64,000 bases of DNA from Hyphochytrium catenoides. Taxonomy: Eukaryota; Protista; Hyphochytriomycota. A program made the position numbers and the translations under genes. Each line of letters opens with the position of its first letter. Within the stretch, counting starts at the first letter, position 1. Of this stretch, positions 63,814-64,000 are shown in pieces. The notes beneath the pieces were generated by a model, which was given only the letters and a program-made list of their open reading frames with translations, was not told where the DNA came from and did no database searches. The stretch spans positions 62,001 through 126,000 of the forward strand of contig FLMG01002622.1 in the NCBI GenBank assembly GCA_900088475.1. The letters are read 5' to 3'.

Positions 63814-64000
63814 CTCTCTCTCTCTCTCTCTCTCACACGCGTCGCCCGCGCCCGCCAATTTCTCGTTTCTCTTCGCTCTTTTTTCCAAGCAATCTGTCCC
63901 CTCTCTTTGCTTTCGTTTCCCCTCGCTTCGAGTTGCGCTCATTTCTATAAGAAGATGGCAAATGGTGGCGTTTCATTCTTCCCTTGGATTAAGAATGGCT

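Noticed and set aside
1-64000. Hundreds of ORFs rich in SLSL or RERE
   Set aside because: They are translations of (CT)n/(GA)n microsatellites, which contain no stop codons; many also span N gaps.

Overview
Eukaryotic nuclear DNA from a draft assembly; the N-gaps mostly fall inside microsatellites. The host is probably a stramenopile (inferred from the RPL7 sequence and BRK-like motifs). Introns and intergenic DNA are flooded with (GA)n/(CT)n repeats, so most of the supplied ORFs are artefacts. By splicing exons manually I reconstructed ten genes: cysteine dioxygenase (-); NDUFA4/B12D-like (+); an acidic chromatin-type protein with two BRK-like domains and an Rrn10-like motif (-); an intronless 850-aa secreted Gly/Ala-rich orphan (-); an intronless Fe-S-less CysH/PAPS-reductase-type enzyme fused to glutaredoxin, with a Cys-pair N-terminal arm (+); an uncharacterised mitochondrial-type membrane protein (-); RPL7/uL30 (+); an Afi1/MesA DENN-like protein (-); an uncharacterised disordered protein (-); and the 5' part of a RecQ helicase with two GRF zinc fingers (+). 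The first ~10 kb is decayed repeat or pseudogene material with inverted repeats. Three observations stand out: (1) a clear U12-type AT-AC minor-spliceosome intron in the Afi1-like gene; (2) a recurrent intron layout of 5' (GA)n and 3' (CU)n arms that could pair and bring the splice sites together; (3) the CysH-Grx fusion, whose arm contains ESGACKI, matching the redox-shuttle tail of E. coli ribonucleotide reductase. Exon coordinates were derived by hand and may be off by a few bases.
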